A DNA stretch of 64,000 nt from Octopus vulgaris (Eukaryota), in assembly GCA_951406725.2 (NCBI GenBank), contig OX597823.1:50406001-50470000 (forward strand), written 5' to 3'. Positions 41,961-56,419 of the stretch are shown here, one piece after another. The notes below the pieces were generated by a model. That model ran no database searches. It saw nothing but the letters and a program-made list of their open reading frames with translations, and was not told where the DNA came from. A program made the translations under genes and the position numbers. Position 1 is the first letter of the stretch. Every line of letters starts with the position of its first letter.

Positions 41961-43013
41961 TCCCCCCGTCACTTTGAAAGAGTCATTTCGTCTTCGTCGT
42001 TACGAAAGACATATCAACAGCTTCAGTGAAGTGTCGAAGCGATTTATTAACGTTTCTTATTGTCGACTCTGATATTTCGCAAGATTTTATATTTCTGAAT
42101 TCTGAATGAAAATTCTTCGCTTGAAGTCCCGATTCCTAGTATGTTAGTATTTCAAGGGTCGAGGCTGAATTGCAATAAATTATATAAACAGCACAAGTTC
42201 AATGAGACTATAAAACTATCACATCTTTACATAATGAAATATGGTTCATTTTCTGGCACATTCTACGCTTTCTTTTATTTATTCTCAAACGTTGACAGAA
42301 TGCTAGCAAGGACACTTTGATGGCATGTAACCCAGAACAATCTAGTAAAAGACACTGTTTGAAGTATAAGAGATGGAACGAGAAAGTATGTGCGTATGTG
42401 TGCGTGTGTGTGTGTGTGTGTGTATGTGCGTGTGTATGTGAGGGACAGAGAGAGAGAGAGAGGGAGGGGGGAAGAGAGAGGGAGAAAAGTGGCGGGAAAG
42501 AGAAAGAACGAAAATGGATGAAAGAAATAGTGTGTTAGAGAAACTAAGAGAGAGAGAAGCGGGGAAGGAGCGTTAGAAAGATTCAAGTAATGGATGAAAA
42601 GGAGAGAGAGAGAGATAGAGATAGAGAGAGAGAATGAGGGGGTGGGAGAGACGGAGAGAGAAATAAAAATAAAAAGTGAGTGGGGAGAGTGGAGAGAAAA
42701 AGATGGAGAGTGAGAGGATGATAAAATTTCCATATTATTGGATTAGCAATAGTTTCTGATATCGTCCCGAGGGAGCAAAGCTGTAGGAATTCAATCCAAG
42801 ATCTTCGAGGTATTCTTCACAGCCTCTGAAATGAGAACTTCCAGCCTCTTTCATTCTGATTTATCTCATTACGACAATAGAAATTGCTAATTGCGTTAAT
42901 ATTCACGTTAATGGCGTTTCTAAATGACTTAATTCATTTCTTCATTTACATGTTCTGCCCAACCTGAGACCCTTCCTTGTAATTAGCTTAACCCACCTCG
43001 CCACCCGCTTTCT

Positions 43014-43045
<32 letters not shown>

Positions 43046-43619
43046 CACGCACACACACACACACACACATTTCCTTCTCTTATCTCTCTTAACTCCCTAT
43101 TTCCTTTACTCTGTATATATTCACAATTACTGTTTTCTTAGTCTTGACTAAAACAATGACATCCCATTTTTCTTCAGCGACTGTCTTCTATGACAACAAT
43201 CACCATTTCTATTACTATAACAATTAGCGAACTATTACGTCTTATTAAAGATTCCGAATCACAGCTGGCAAAGAGAGCTTAATAGGTTGTCGGAAAGGAT
43301 TGAGGGTTCGAGTCTACTCATCGGCATTGCATTTTATCGTTTGATGAGTTACATATTCGTCGTTAAACTATAAAAGCTATAAATCCTCTCCTGTGTACAG
43401 ATGACCATTCCAGCCAACGGGAGAGCCCTTACGTCAATAGTAGAGCCTATGTAAACTATGTAAAAGATGGGTTCAGTTGGTATATCTGTATGGGCCACGA
43501 ACATCCATGGAGGGACTCATGACTATCTTCTGAGTCCTTCACTATATATTAAAAAAAAACTAAACATCAGAGCTATCTTGAATACTGAGTAGAATCTTCC
43601 TCTCGGGTCTCCATTGCAA

Positions 43620-44020
43620 TATTCTTTTCTACTCTAGGCACAGGGCCCGAAATTTTTGGGGAGGGGGCCAGTCGATTAGATCGACTCCAGTACGCAACTG
43701 GTACTTAATTTATCAACTCCGAAAGAATGAAAGGCAACGTCAACCTCGTCAGAATTTAAACTCAGAAAGTAAAGGCGGACGAAATACCTATTTCTTTACT
43801 ACCTACAAGGGGCTAAACACCGAGAGAACAAGCAAGAACAGACAAACGGATTAAGTTGATTATATTGACCCCAGTGCGTAACTGGTACTTATTTAATCGA
43901 CCCCGAAAGGATGAAAGGCGAAGTCGACGTCGGCGGAATTTGAACTCAGAACGTAACGCCAAATGAAATACGGCTATGCATTTCGCCCGGCGTGCTGACG
44001 TTTCTGCCAGCTCGCTGCCC
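43620..44020 (-). mobile_element. SINE family B dimer (Tx1-type tail unit plus alternative-tail unit)
   Basis: Junction gaaatacc|tatttcttta at about 43788. Confidence 0.88.
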
Positions 44021-44779
44021 TCCATCTTATCAAATTTCTCACTACACTCTGGTCAGTAGTTCTCATACGAAGGGCTGCGGGATTGACGATAAAGGAGGGT
44101 GAGAGAGGGAGAAGGGAGAGAGAGAGTGGGTACATTTGTGTGTGTCTGAGGGAGAGAGAGAGAGAGAAAGAGAGAGCGAGCGAGCGAGAGAGAGAGAGAG
44201 TGGGTACATTTGTGTGTGTCTGAGGGTGAGAGAGAGAGAGAGAGAGAAAGAGAGAGCGAGCGAGAGAGAGAGAGTGAAAAGAGAGAGAGAGAGAAAGAGA
44301 GAAAGAGAGAGAGAGAGAAAGAGAATGAGCGAGTCTCTGTGTGTGAGAGAGAGCTGCAAGGAGTAAAGCTTTGAGGAGAGAGCAGAGAGGAAGTTAGAAA
44401 GAATTAATATTTTTGGGTATTAAACAGAGCGAGCTCTTGAGGGTTAAAGTATTAGAGATGAAAGTTTTGTACTATAATTCTTAGTGCGAGGATTTGTCAG
44501 TGGTGGGTGGTGGCACAGATATAATGACAAGAGTAGAGTCAAGTATATCTAGATGTAAAACTTATCATCTAGCGTTGAGAATCATTCACGGTAGAGCAGA
44601 CATACGATCTAAGGCCCAACCAGCATTTTCCACAAGTTCTCTGCATCAGGACTACGTTAATTATTGCGATCAAGGTTTAATTTGAAAGAAATTTGATTGT
44701 TATTTGTTGTATGTCGACTGATCATGTTGTGCAGTGATGGCGAACTTTTTTTTGTTCAGGCAGTCGAAATTCAAATTTC

Positions 44780-44904
44780 TCAACCACATAGTTCCGGGTT
44801 CAGTCCCACTGCGTGGCACCTTATGCAAGTGTCTTCTACTATAGCTTCGGGCCGACCAAAGCCTTCTGAGTGGATTTGGTAGACAAACTGAAAGAAGCCC
44901 GTCG

Positions 44905-44949
<45 letters not shown>

Positions 44950-45285
44950 GAAATGAGGTACTCAGAAATCTGGATGGTTTTATATTTACAGATATTTATT
45001 AATAGGTCATGTTTTTATAAATCATATATTAGCGCTTGTGTCCACTCTAGTGGAGTCGTATGTATGTATATGTTTGTGTGTCTGTGTCTGTCCCTCCAAC
45101 ATCGCTTGACAACCGATGATGGTGTGTTTACGTCCCCCGTCACTTAACGGTTCGGCAAGAAAGACCAATAGAATAAGTGCTAAGCTTACAAAGAATAAGT
45201 CCTGGGGTCGATTTGCTCGACTAAAGGCGGTGCTCCAGCATGGCCGCAGTCAAATGACTGGAACAAATAAAAGAAAAGAAAAAAG
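44780..45285 (+). mobile_element. SINE family A with a ~115-bp foreign insert in its (TA)n
   Basis: Family A head and tail. The unrelated sequence 44945-45058 follows the (TA)n. Confidence 0.8.
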
Positions 45286-45957
45286 AAATATTGTTATTGA
45301 TAAGCATGTTATGACCGAGTCGTTAGAGCGTAGGACAAAAATATTTTCGGTATTTGTTCCGGCTCTTTCTGGCCTGAGGTCAAATCCCACAGTGGGCAAC
45401 TTTGTCTTTAATCCTTTCAGGAGTCGACAAAATAAAAACATCAACCCAGTGTAGTGGATTGGCGGAATTGTCACAGCATAGAACCGGATACCTTGCGGTA
45501 TTTGGCTCTTTACTATGTATATTTGGTATGACGATGAATTATTCTACGATGTTGTATCGGCTGGCGATCTAATTACTTTGCAATGCAATTAACTTCATCT
45601 ATCTAACGTGGCCAACTGTGTGGAGTCATAAGAAGATCGGAAAATTTGCTTGCGGTAACGGTTTACAGCCCTCTGTGTTCAGCTTTGCCTTTCATCCTTT
45701 TAGGGCCAATTAGTAAAATACTAGTCCTGTGTTGTAGCCGATTCTTCCCTTTCTCTCACTCTTCCCTTGTGTCTGTCTGCCTGCACCCCCCTCTCTCTCT
45801 CTTTGTCTGTCTGTCTGTCTGTCTTTTCTTTCTGGAAGAAACAGGCAGTGGCCAGAGCTCGGGAGGGATGGGCTCAGCCGGGAGCAAATGATAACCGAAG
45901 ACACTCTATATGCCATAACGGTGCACCTACGACTCTTTCAAGAATTGAGGGTATATG

Positions 45958-46102
45958 GCATGTATGTATGTATGTATGTATGTATGTATGTAGGTCTGTC
46001 GTCTGTCTCTATGTATGTATGTATGCATGTATGTAGGTCTGTCTATCTGTCTGTCTGTATGTGTGTGTATGTATGTATGTAGGTCTGTCTGTCTGGATGT
46101 AT

Positions 46103-46149
<47 letters not shown>

Positions 46150-46179
46150 TATAGACATCTCCCTCTCTCTTCTCTCTCC

Positions 46180-46216
<37 letters not shown>

Positions 46217-46231
46217 CATATACATACATAC

Positions 46232-46315
<84 letters not shown>

Positions 46316-46317
46316 AC

Positions 46318-46370
<53 letters not shown>

Positions 46371-46779
46371 AATATATAAGGTATTGTTAGAATGATAGCA
46401 GGATACACAGAAATTCATAAAGATAAATATGAAAAATTCCAGTACACAACCACTCACATCTATGCACACGCATGCACACCCGAAAACACACACCAAGAAC
46501 ACACAACCACACACATCCACCCACACGCATACACACAAACACGCTCGCGCGTGCGCACATACGCGCACAAACGTACACAAGCGCAAATACGTTGGAACAC
46601 ACACACACTCACGCACACACACACACACGTATACGCGAAAATACGCACACGCAAACATACACACAGACTCTTACCTATTCAACCCTCCCCCCAAAACAAC
46701 TGACTTCAACACACGCGCACACATATGCGCACATACGCACACATCAGAACAGACATACACAAATAAACACTCACACATC

Positions 46780-46813
<34 letters not shown>

Positions 46814-46815
46814 CA
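45958..46815. repeat. Compound microsatellite field
   Basis: Direct inspection. Confidence 0.93.
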
Positions 46816-48602
46816 CGTAAGCATAAGACCAGTTCTCAGACAGACGCAAAGTAGACCTCGAAGAGCGAGGGCATGTCATCGAAAACATCAGATCAGAAAT
46901 AGCGACAAAAGGACTCTGACAGAGAAAACTAACAACCAATTCATTATTCAAACCAGCATTTGAATTGTTACTTGATAAAAAATAAAGCAGTGATATTGGA
47001 CCAGTGCGTGTCTATTTTAATTTTTATTGGCATAATGACCTCCCCTAAATACAACAATAATAATGTTTGTTTTCATTTAAATTTTATTACTCGTGTATAT
47101 ATACATGTACGTATAAATTATATAGTATGAGTAAATCCACCATTAAAAATGTGATAAATATGACTTTATTGCGCGCGCAATTTGCACCATTTCGATATAA
47201 CATCCCGAAATAGTCTGTCATTATGTTTCAATTCCATAATCCTTGGTAGGGAACTTCCATTGATTTAATATTTTGGTAAAATCTCTTTCCCTGTTCATTA
47301 CTTATTTCTTTATTACCCACAAGGAGCTAAACATAGAGGGGACAAACAAAGACAGACAAACGGATTAAGTCAATTATATCGACCCCAAGTGTGTAACTGG
47401 TACTTAATTTATCGATCACCGAAAGAATGATAGGCAAAGTCAACCTCGGCGGAATTTGAAGTCAGAACGTAACGGCAGATGGCGTCACTAAGATTTCAAG
47501 GAAAAAATGGTGCAAATATAAAAAAAAGACCTGCAATAACATAGTTTTAAAAGACTCAATCAGTTTCTTAACTCTGCTTCGAAGGAGGGCTGTAATTTTC
47601 TGAGCCGTTAGCGCAGATCCGTTTCAAAGTGTGCCGAGCCGAGGGGCTATAAATGCTTCATAAAAGAAATTCTCTTGAGAATTTTTTTTTTACCTGTGAC
47701 ATTAACAAATACTTTCATTAAACCGAGCTAAATGTGAAGATGAGTTAAAAATAGTTTCTTCGTATTAATGGAGGAACTAGATGAATGTTATTTCTTCCAG
47801 GAATTTACGGCTGGCCATTCTTTTCTCTCATAATGCTTTGCAATAGTGCAACTCCTCGTCAGACATAGAAAGCAAAAGAGCTTGATGACTCTCCCTTGTA
47901 TTTCTATTAACTTAGTACTTACTTTAAGACTTCTATAAAGGTTCCGTTGGTGACCCTTGTATTGAAATGCATTAAAAAGGGTCTCCCCGTTAACATAAGA
48001 TTTCTTTCAAATGCTCTGAATATGTGATGGAGATAGATGGTTTTAAATTTTCATTAGGCAATAAAGCAGCTTTCAAAATTCGTAGCTTTTAAAATTCTGC
48101 TTCTTCTATAAAAATTCACCATTCACTTAAAATACGTCTTTCAAATGAACATGTAAAATGTCCATTAATGCCATGAAAATAACAGAGAGAACCATCCACT
48201 TTGAAATAAATTGCTAAATGAAAATTTCGATTTCTATAGCAAGTCTTTGTTATACTTTCTATAAGAAAGCACTTTTGAATTAAACGAGAAGTGGGAAGTT
48301 CTTGGTTATCTTTGAAGAGTTAAAAATTACTTTACAAGTTTGCTTAAATTTTCTTGTGTGAAAAAAAAATCTTTTTTGTTTCGTATTCTGAACCTGAAGA
48401 GAGTCCAGAAGTAATAACAACAATATTTACATCCTCACTGGAGATAAGCCCATCTTTAAAGGGAGAAGAATCATCTGTATTTAATCATGCGATACAGGTG
48501 TAGAATCCTGCTGGGAATAAATTATATTGTGTTTTTCTTGAAGAAAACTTTTTAATATGAGCTATTTAAAAATATTGTGTTTCTTGTGCTTCCTCTAAAT
48601 CG

Positions 48603-48925
48603 TTATTTATTTATTTATGCGCCCTTTTCAAGCCTAGTCAGGCTCACGGGCCCGGTTTCCCGGTTTCTATGGCGTATGTGTCCCCCCCCGCCAGCTGGAC
48701 GAGACGCCAGTCCGTCGCGGCGTTACTCAAGAAACAGGAAAAAAGAGTGAGAGAAAGTTGGGGCGAAAGAGTACAACTGGGGTCGCCACCGCCCCCTGCT
48801 GGAGCCTCGTGGAGCTTTAGGTGTTTTCGCTCAATAAACACACACAACACCCGGTCTGGGAATCGAAACCGCGATCCTCCGACCGCGAGTCCGCTGCCCT
48901 AACCACTGGGCCATTGCGCCTCCAC
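48603..48925 (-). mobile_element. SINE family D (tRNA-Arg-like head + tail 1)
   Basis: Minus-strand head ggaggcgcaatggcccagtggttagggcagcggactcgcgg...ggtttcgattccc, and an (ATAA)n tail. Confidence 0.9.
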
Positions 48926-49330
48926 CCGCGAAATAGTTAGCACTGCAAAAAGCACTGAATGCTTCTTTTTCTACATCCAGTCATATTTGAACATGTTGCA
49001 CAACGTTGAAGAAGTACCTATGGTTTGTCTCAGATACCCAGTTGAGAATAAAAATATAGTTTATGTAGTGTTTATATGGTATGTTGTAAAATGTTGCCAT
49101 TGTGATATAGTTGTGAAACTAATCAAACATGCCCAAAACAGCCCGAGTGGATTTTACATTATCTAGACAAGCAGACAGTTTACTTAAGATATGTTAAATT
49201 CTTATAAGAAAACAAAATATAGTGGATGAATTATCGTTATTAATGATTTACAATGTGTTAGAGCTAAATTTGGCAGTTTGCTTAAAAGGGAAAGAAGATA
49301 CAATATCCCATCCAAAAATAAAGTATTTTA

Positions 49331-49877
49331 TTGGGTTGTCCGGAAAGTTCATGCCAATTTATAGTAGCTTACCTTTCGACTTATTTTAGAACATGGTTGA
49401 GTCCATGAAATAGGATTTGACTACACCTCCATTTAGAGCACAGTTTAAGCTATCTTTTCGTGGAAGAAGGTTTATGTTCCTATAACCTGTGTTAATTCTG
49501 TAACCCTTTAAAATGGAAGATAAGAAAGTTCATTTTCGGTACTTGATGCTTTGGGAACCAGACAAAAATTGTTGCAGCTCGGCTGGGATGTGTTACCCCA
49601 CCCTCCATATTCACCACATATTGCTCCTTCGGATTTCCACTTACTCAATGGTAAAAATTTCAATTCCTTGGATGACGTAAAAATATACTTCGATGAATTC
49701 TTTGCCATGAAACCACCTCAATACTGGGAAGAGGGTATTTTCAAGTTAAAGGTTAGATGGAGACGCATTGTGCAATAAAATGGTTCATATTGGGCTGCTT
49801 AAAAATGTAATGGCAAGTATTTATTGACCTTTTTTTCTTTCCTTTAGAAATCGGCACAAACTTTCCGGACAACCCAA
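49331..49877 (+). mobile_element. Internally deleted mariner (DD34D) element, copy 1
   Basis: TIRs ttgggttgtccggaaagttc.tgcc.attt and the transposase remnant LGWDVLPHPPYSPHIAPSDFHL. Confidence 0.92.
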
Positions 49878-49934
49878 ATAAAAGATCAACTTGATTATGG
49901 CTAGGAGATAACAGTTTACTCAAAGAAGCCGCCC

Positions 49935-50520
49935 TTAATTTCCTCCGCAGCCTCGAGATGGATACGGTACCTGGTGCATGTATTCCTCACTGTGTTCCTG
50001 GGAAGTTCCTTGAGCACCTCGTTGTTCTTCGCCCCAGATCAGCCTTTGTGTTTCAGGAAGAGCAGTTGGTGGCTTTTTCAACCGCAGCGTCAATCATAGT
50101 AATCCACGGGAATACAATCGGGGGGAATTAGGGAGTTAGAAATAGAGGCTGGTGAAGTTGTAGGAATTCTCCAACAACCATTTCTGCTTCTTTCAGGAGG
50201 TATAACAAGGAGCTGACTCCTGCTGTCACATATATGACTTTCCAACGGCAATCCTCTCCAGACAAACTTTCATCACAGTTAACTTCACATTAACGTATGA
50301 ATTGAACCTAAGGCCCTCTTCTGCAGATATTGGACAACTTTCAGCATGCGGATGCAATCGGAACGCGTGCTGTTTCCCTTCCTGCTGCATGCAACTTCGT
50401 AGTCTCCGTTGCAGCTGTCCATGTCACGTCTTACAGCCTTTACAGTGTTCACAGAATACTGAGCAGCAGCCATATTGTTGGTATTTTGACACCCAGCATG
50501 AATCATCATGCTACAGGTAA
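49935..50520 (-). pseudogene. Decayed DD37D (maT-like) Tc1/mariner transposase
   Basis: Manual translation gives QQESAPCYTS*KKQKWLLENSYNFTSLYF*LPNSP/DCIPVDYY..AVEK, which is consistent with D37D spacing. The N-terminal piece is ORF 50285-50509. Confidence 0.75.
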
Positions 50521-50727
50521 CTCTTTTCTATCATTCAGTTAGCTTCCAGTCCTCCATGTCAGATAACTTTTCTCAACTACGACTTGAATCTTTATGATCT
50601 CCAACGCCGTTGACTGTTCACCAAATCATCAATCTATTCCTGAAAAAATGGTGGGTAGGGGGAACATAAAAAGATCGTCAAATTTAGCCCAAGCACCCTG
50701 TATTAATAAATTTAGAGAGAAAATATA

Positions 50728-51291
50728 GTGGGTTGTCCGGTAAGTTCGTGCCGATTTTTAAAGAAAAAAAAATGGTCAATAAATACTTGCCATTACATTT
50801 TTAATTAACCGAATATGAACCATTTTGTTGCACAATGCGTCTCCATCTAACCTTTAACTTGAAAATACCCTCTTCCCAGAATTGAGGTGGTTTCATGGCA
50901 AAGAATTCATCAAGGTATCTTTTTACGTCATCCAAGGAATTGAAATTTTTCCATTAAGACTGCTCTGCAGAGACCTGAATAAGTAGAAATCCGAAGGAGC
51001 AATATCTCGTGGATATGGAGGGTGGGGTAACACATCCCAGCCGAGCTGCAGCAATTTTTGTCTGGTTCCCAAAGCATCAAGTGCCGAAAATGAACTTTCT
51101 TATCTTCCATTTTAAAGGGTTATAGAATTAACACAGGTTATAGGAACATAAACCTTCTTCCACGAAAAGATAGCTTAAACTGTGCTCTAAATGGAGGAGT
51201 AATCAAATGCTATTTTATGACTCAACCATGTTCTAAAATAAGTCGAAAGGTAAGCTACTATAAATTGGCACGAACTTTCCGGAAAACCCAA
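50728..51291 (-). mobile_element. Internally deleted mariner element, copy 2 (inverted)
   Basis: Same TIRs and the same deletion junction (MEDKKVHFRHLMLWE joined to the C-terminal part), flanked by TA. Confidence 0.92.
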
Positions 51292-52184
51292 TAAAATATC
51301 TAAGTCGCATCTAAAATTATTACGCGAGCCCTGAATAAAAACAAAAAAGAGAGCCATATCTTAAAAAAATAAACGTACAGGAAAAATCCAGTCCTGCTTT
51401 TGCTATTAGTTATGGAGAAATTGTATTAATAAAAAAGAAAGCACAATACAGATTACTGATTATTTAAATAATTAATGATATAGCAACGTTCTTTTATCTT
51501 CATGATATCGCTTTCAAGTGTTGGCACCAGGCCAGCAATTTCAGGGAAAGGTAGCTCGATGAAATCAATTCAGTGTTCAACTGGTATTTATTTTATCGAC
51601 CCCCAAAAGGATAAAAGGAAAATTCGACGTCGGCGGAGTTTTGAACTCTGAACGAAAAGACGGACGAAATGCCGTTAAGTATTTTGTTCGGAATGCTAAC
51701 GATTCGGACAGCATGCCGTCTTCAGTATTCATAACATCAATCACTAAGAATGAACTAAATAAATTTAATTTACAATTTATATATCCAGTGTATAGAATTA
51801 TGTATACAGACTTGCACACACACGCGCGTGCGCACACACGCACACTCTCTCTCACCTGGTCCCATAGCTATATTTTATAGTTTAAAAGTTTCACCAAAGA
51901 AACACTGCTTTCGATAAACCATAGACACCTGCTGTCTATAAATTTAAGAAAGTAGACGCTTTTTTGTTTATTCTGCTAAAGCGTTAAATATGTAAATAAA
52001 ACTAATTAGTTCTAAATTTTTTTTTATTTAACTCGTAATGAATCCTGCTTGGATTTCTGGTCTCCTTGATCTTTGATTTAAGAATTTCCTTACACCCCCA
52101 CCCTCACATGCACACACACATACACACACACTAAGGTGTATATGTATGTCTGTGTGTATGTATGTGCATATGTATGTATATATG

Positions 52185-52247
<63 letters not shown>

Positions 52248-52399
52248 CTATCTTTCTGTCTGTCTGTCTGTCTGTATGTATGTATTCATGTCATGAGTTT
52301 GCATCAGTACAAGACATCATAGATATATTCATTCATTCATGATATAATTATCATCGTTAGCAATAACTAGTTTTCGGATTGCTCGGTCAAAAAAGAAAA

Positions 52400-52812
52400 A
52401 GAAAAAAAGGTTCTTCAGAAGAGAAAAGTGTTTGGAGTGCCATTTTGACATTGCCCCTAATTCTGAAAGCTTTTCCACTGGTGAAGAGTTCAAGTGACCT
52501 GAATAAATAAAAACCTGATTGTGCTAGTTTCTGGCGAGTAATGGGGATATGATGTAGAGTTTTCTAGCCTAATGAATTTATCTTTTCTTGAGTTATCTTC
52601 ACTGAATGTAGCCTTGCATTGTTGTGTCGTCGGATGACTCCTTTTCTGTCGATTAGAGCTTTTTTTTTAATAATTTTATCATATATTTTTCCAGACAAAA
52701 GTTGATTGACACGTTTAAGTTGTTGACAATAAAATCCTGCGGTGATGCTTTTCGCATGTCCCAATAATTCGAAGTGAACAATGCCTATTGTATTTCGCCA
52801 TACTCACAGCAA
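52400..52812 (-). pseudogene. Decayed mariner transposase fragment (different family)
   Basis: GIVHFELL, ITAGFYCQQLKRV, RKGVI..HNNARLHS..TQEKI and FYLFRSL motifs. Confidence 0.85.
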
Positions 52813-52884
52813 ATGGAATTTCAGTTCGCGATGGCCATTGTTTTTTACGTGTATTGTTGGCATAGACTATTCATATCTTTTTTT

Positions 52885-53440
52885 TTACCCTAGACATTTT
52901 TGGGGAGTGGGGGCCAGTCGATTAGATCGATGAAAGGCAAAGTCGACCTCAGCGGAATTTGAATTCAGAACGTAAAGACAGACGAAATACCTATTTCTTT
53001 ACTACCTACAAGGGGCTAAACACACAGAGGACAAACAAGGACAGACACACGGATTGTCGATTATATCGACCCCAGTGTGTAACTGCTACTTAATTTATCG
53101 ACCTCGAAAGGATGAAAGGCAAAGTCGACTTCGGCGGAATTTGAACTCAGAACGTAGCGGCAGACGAAATGCCGCAAAGCATTTCGCCCGGTGTTCTAAC
53201 GTTTCTTATTTCTTTACTGCCCACAAGGGGCTAAACACAGAGAGGACAAACAAGGACTGACAAACGGATTAAGTCGAATATATCAACCCCAGTGCATAAC
53301 TGGTACTTATTTAATCGACCCCGAAAGGATGAAAGGCAAAGTCGACCTCGGCGGAATTTGAACTCAGAACGTAGCGGCAGACGAAATACCGCTAAACATT
53401 TCACTCGGCGTGCTAACGTTTCTGCCAGCTCGCCACCTTA
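52885..53440 (-). mobile_element. SINE family B tandem trimer
   Basis: Junctions at about 52991 and 53203. Confidence 0.9.
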
Positions 53441-53929
53441 GACTGTTGATATCTCATCTATTCAAGTCACTAAGGCGGTGAACTGGCAGAATCGTTAGCA
53501 AGCCGAGAAAAATGCCTAGCGACATAAAAAACCAAAATATTGGAAAACGAACTTTTTTCGAACACTCTACAACTATCTCTGTTCTTCCTCTGTTGTTCTT
53601 CTTTCTTTCTGTTTTTCTCTTCTCCCCTTCACCGTTCTCTTTCTCTCCCTTTCTCTCTCTCCCTCACGCATCATCCTTGCTCACACGTGACCAGCGACTA
53701 TCTTCCTTTTCCCTCTTGCTTTACAAGAGACAAGACACACTTTTGCCCGTCTCCTGTTAAAGATCGTTTCTCCAGCGTTCACCACTTCATCTCGTTATGG
53801 CTTAACAAGCCTTACCGTTTGTTTTTACTGTTTTGTTCTTACTGTCTTGTTTTTGTTACCACTTTAATCCTCCGCAAATCCCAAATTTTATTTAATTTGC
53901 TTTGCGGGAATGACTGTTTTAACTAAGTC

Positions 53930-54150
53930 ACGTCTTGTCCCAACGTTTGAAACACGGAGTAGATAAAACAGGGGACAACTGATGAAGGGATTGTTCTTTA
54001 TGTTGCCTGCCTCGTTTCTCTAGTTGCTTCTTTCGTTGTTCGAAAAAAAAGTTCATTTTCCATGTTTTTGTTTATTTCATGTTCTCATTTTTCATTTTGT
54101 TCACGTTTTTTGACGTCCTGTACCCATATATGCATGTTCATACCTACATA
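53930..54150 (+). mobile_element. PLE-LTR-like repeat (family of 10985-11170)
   Basis: gaaacacggagtagataaaacaggggacaactgatgaaggg...cctgtacccatatatgc. Confidence 0.6.
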
Positions 54151-54454
54151 TAAATATATATGTAGGTATGAACATGTATGTATGTATGTATGTATGTATG
54201 TATGTATGTATGTATGTATGTATGTATGTATGTATGTATGTATGTATGTATGTATTTATATATAAGGCAGCAGTTTTATTAATTATAGGGAATTGCACAT
54301 CCATGCACAGCCACGAGTGAAACTGTTGATAAATATCCAAACACCCAAGGACTTCACACTTTCTATTTCGTAGTAAAACTTTACCGATAATTCGTGAACG
54401 TGATAACTGCATGCTGTCTGCTAGAATATGATGGATCTCAACATTGTATTCTTC

Positions 54455-55810
54455 CTTTATCTTATCTTTTGCTTGTTTCAGTCATTAGACCACGGTCATG
54501 CTGGGGCACCGCCTTCAAAGATATTTAGTCGATTGAATCGACTCCAATACTTATTGTTTGTTTTGTAAATACCTGGTACTTATTCTATCGGTCAATTCTG
54601 CCGAACCGCTAAGTTACGGGGACGTAAACACAGCAACACCGGTTGTCAAGCAGTGGTAGGGCGCGCGCGCACACACACATACACACTCATATATGTATGT
54701 ATGTATATGTGTGTGTGTATGCGCGCGTGTGTGTATATATCTATGTGTGTGTCTTTGTGCTAGGGTATCCGCTATCGCTTCACAACCGGTATTGCTTTGC
54801 TTACGCCCTCGTAACTTAGCGATATAAGGATTGATAGAATAAGTATAAGCCTTAAAAAATAAGTACTGGGGCCGATTAGTTCGACTAAAAATCCTTCAAG
54901 ACGATACCCTAACGAGGTCACAGTCCAATAACCGAAACAGGTAGAAAAAATTAATAAGTTAAAAAAAAAAAAAGAATGTTAAGATGACACCAGAATCTGA
55001 ACTTCGATAAATAAAACTAGAAAATTGCAGCAAAGCTATATGATAGTGGTGTCAGATGTTGCATGCCGACCATCATATAACTTATTCTATTCTTCTCTTC
55101 CGTTTTATTTTGACATGCGCATTGCGTTTTTATTGTCCTCTTCCGTTTTACGAATTCAACGTGCACAGGCACATTACGTGTTCATATTTTTCTTTCCAGT
55201 TCCTACTCAAAACTCTTTATAGATCACAACCATCTCACGAACTCATGGTCCTGAGGAGCGCGAAGCACTCCGATAGTTGTCAAAAAAGGCTAAGAATAAC
55301 TTGACTGCATTTGATTCTGTCAATAACGGTTTGTGAAAAATGATGTTCTGACTAGTCATGAAAACAGAAACCTTCAGAATCTCAAATTAAATTAAAGTTC
55401 AATTTTATGCTAGAGTTCACTATCATATTACTAAAAATCGAGGGAAAAAATAATTATGCAGGTATGGTCGAATAGTAAGACGTTTGCTTCCCAACCACAT
55501 GATCTCGGGTTCAGTCCCACTACGTAGCAATTTTGGCAGCTGTCTTCCACTATAGCCCCGAGCCAACCAAAGACTTGTGAGTGGATTTGGTTGACGGAAA
55601 CTGAAATAAGTCTGTATCCCCCACTATCACTTGATAATCGGTATTGGTTTGTTTACGCCCCTGGAACTTAGCAGTTTTGCAATAAGAGACCTATAGACTA
55701 AGTACCAGGCTTTGAAAAAAAATGGTTACTTGACTAAACTCTTCAAGGTGGTGCCCCAACTTGGTCGCAATCCAATGACTGAAACAAGTAAAAGATAAAA
55801 GATAAAAGAA
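54455..55810. mobile_element. Three SINE family A copies or fragments (54455-54660 minus; 54750-54960 plus; 55460-55810 plus)
   Basis: Family A homology. Confidence 0.75.
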
Positions 55811-56319
55811 TAAACCCAAATTAACAGGATCTGCATTGGCAATTAACCGATCAATTTTAATTACATTTGATGATAAATAGTTCAGAGTTTTCAAAAGTTA
55901 TGCAATTAACCTAATTCTTCTCTCATCCAATATGCAATTAAAGGGAGTCGACTTGATATTTAGTTTGAAATTCATTCGTGAATTTGTTGTTGTTTCCTTT
56001 TTTGTTTTGTATAAAGTAGGCCATGGTGGAGTAGACTTGTAATCAAAGGCGTTCCAGCCGTGACTATCCCATCTTGTTTAGATACAGTGCAACCTAGGAT
56101 CACATTATTCAACATGTCTTTTCATTTTTCAAAGACTTTTTGTTCGGCGCACCGATTCTGCAATTCCCCTTGGTATACACTCTCACACAAAAGATTGAGT
56201 ACTACTTATAATACACACACACACACACGCACACACACATACACACACATACACACATATGCATGCATAGCCTAGTGATTGTGTGCGTGTGCATAAGTAT
56301 ATCAGTACATCAACTGTGC

Positions 56320-56419
<100 letters not shown>

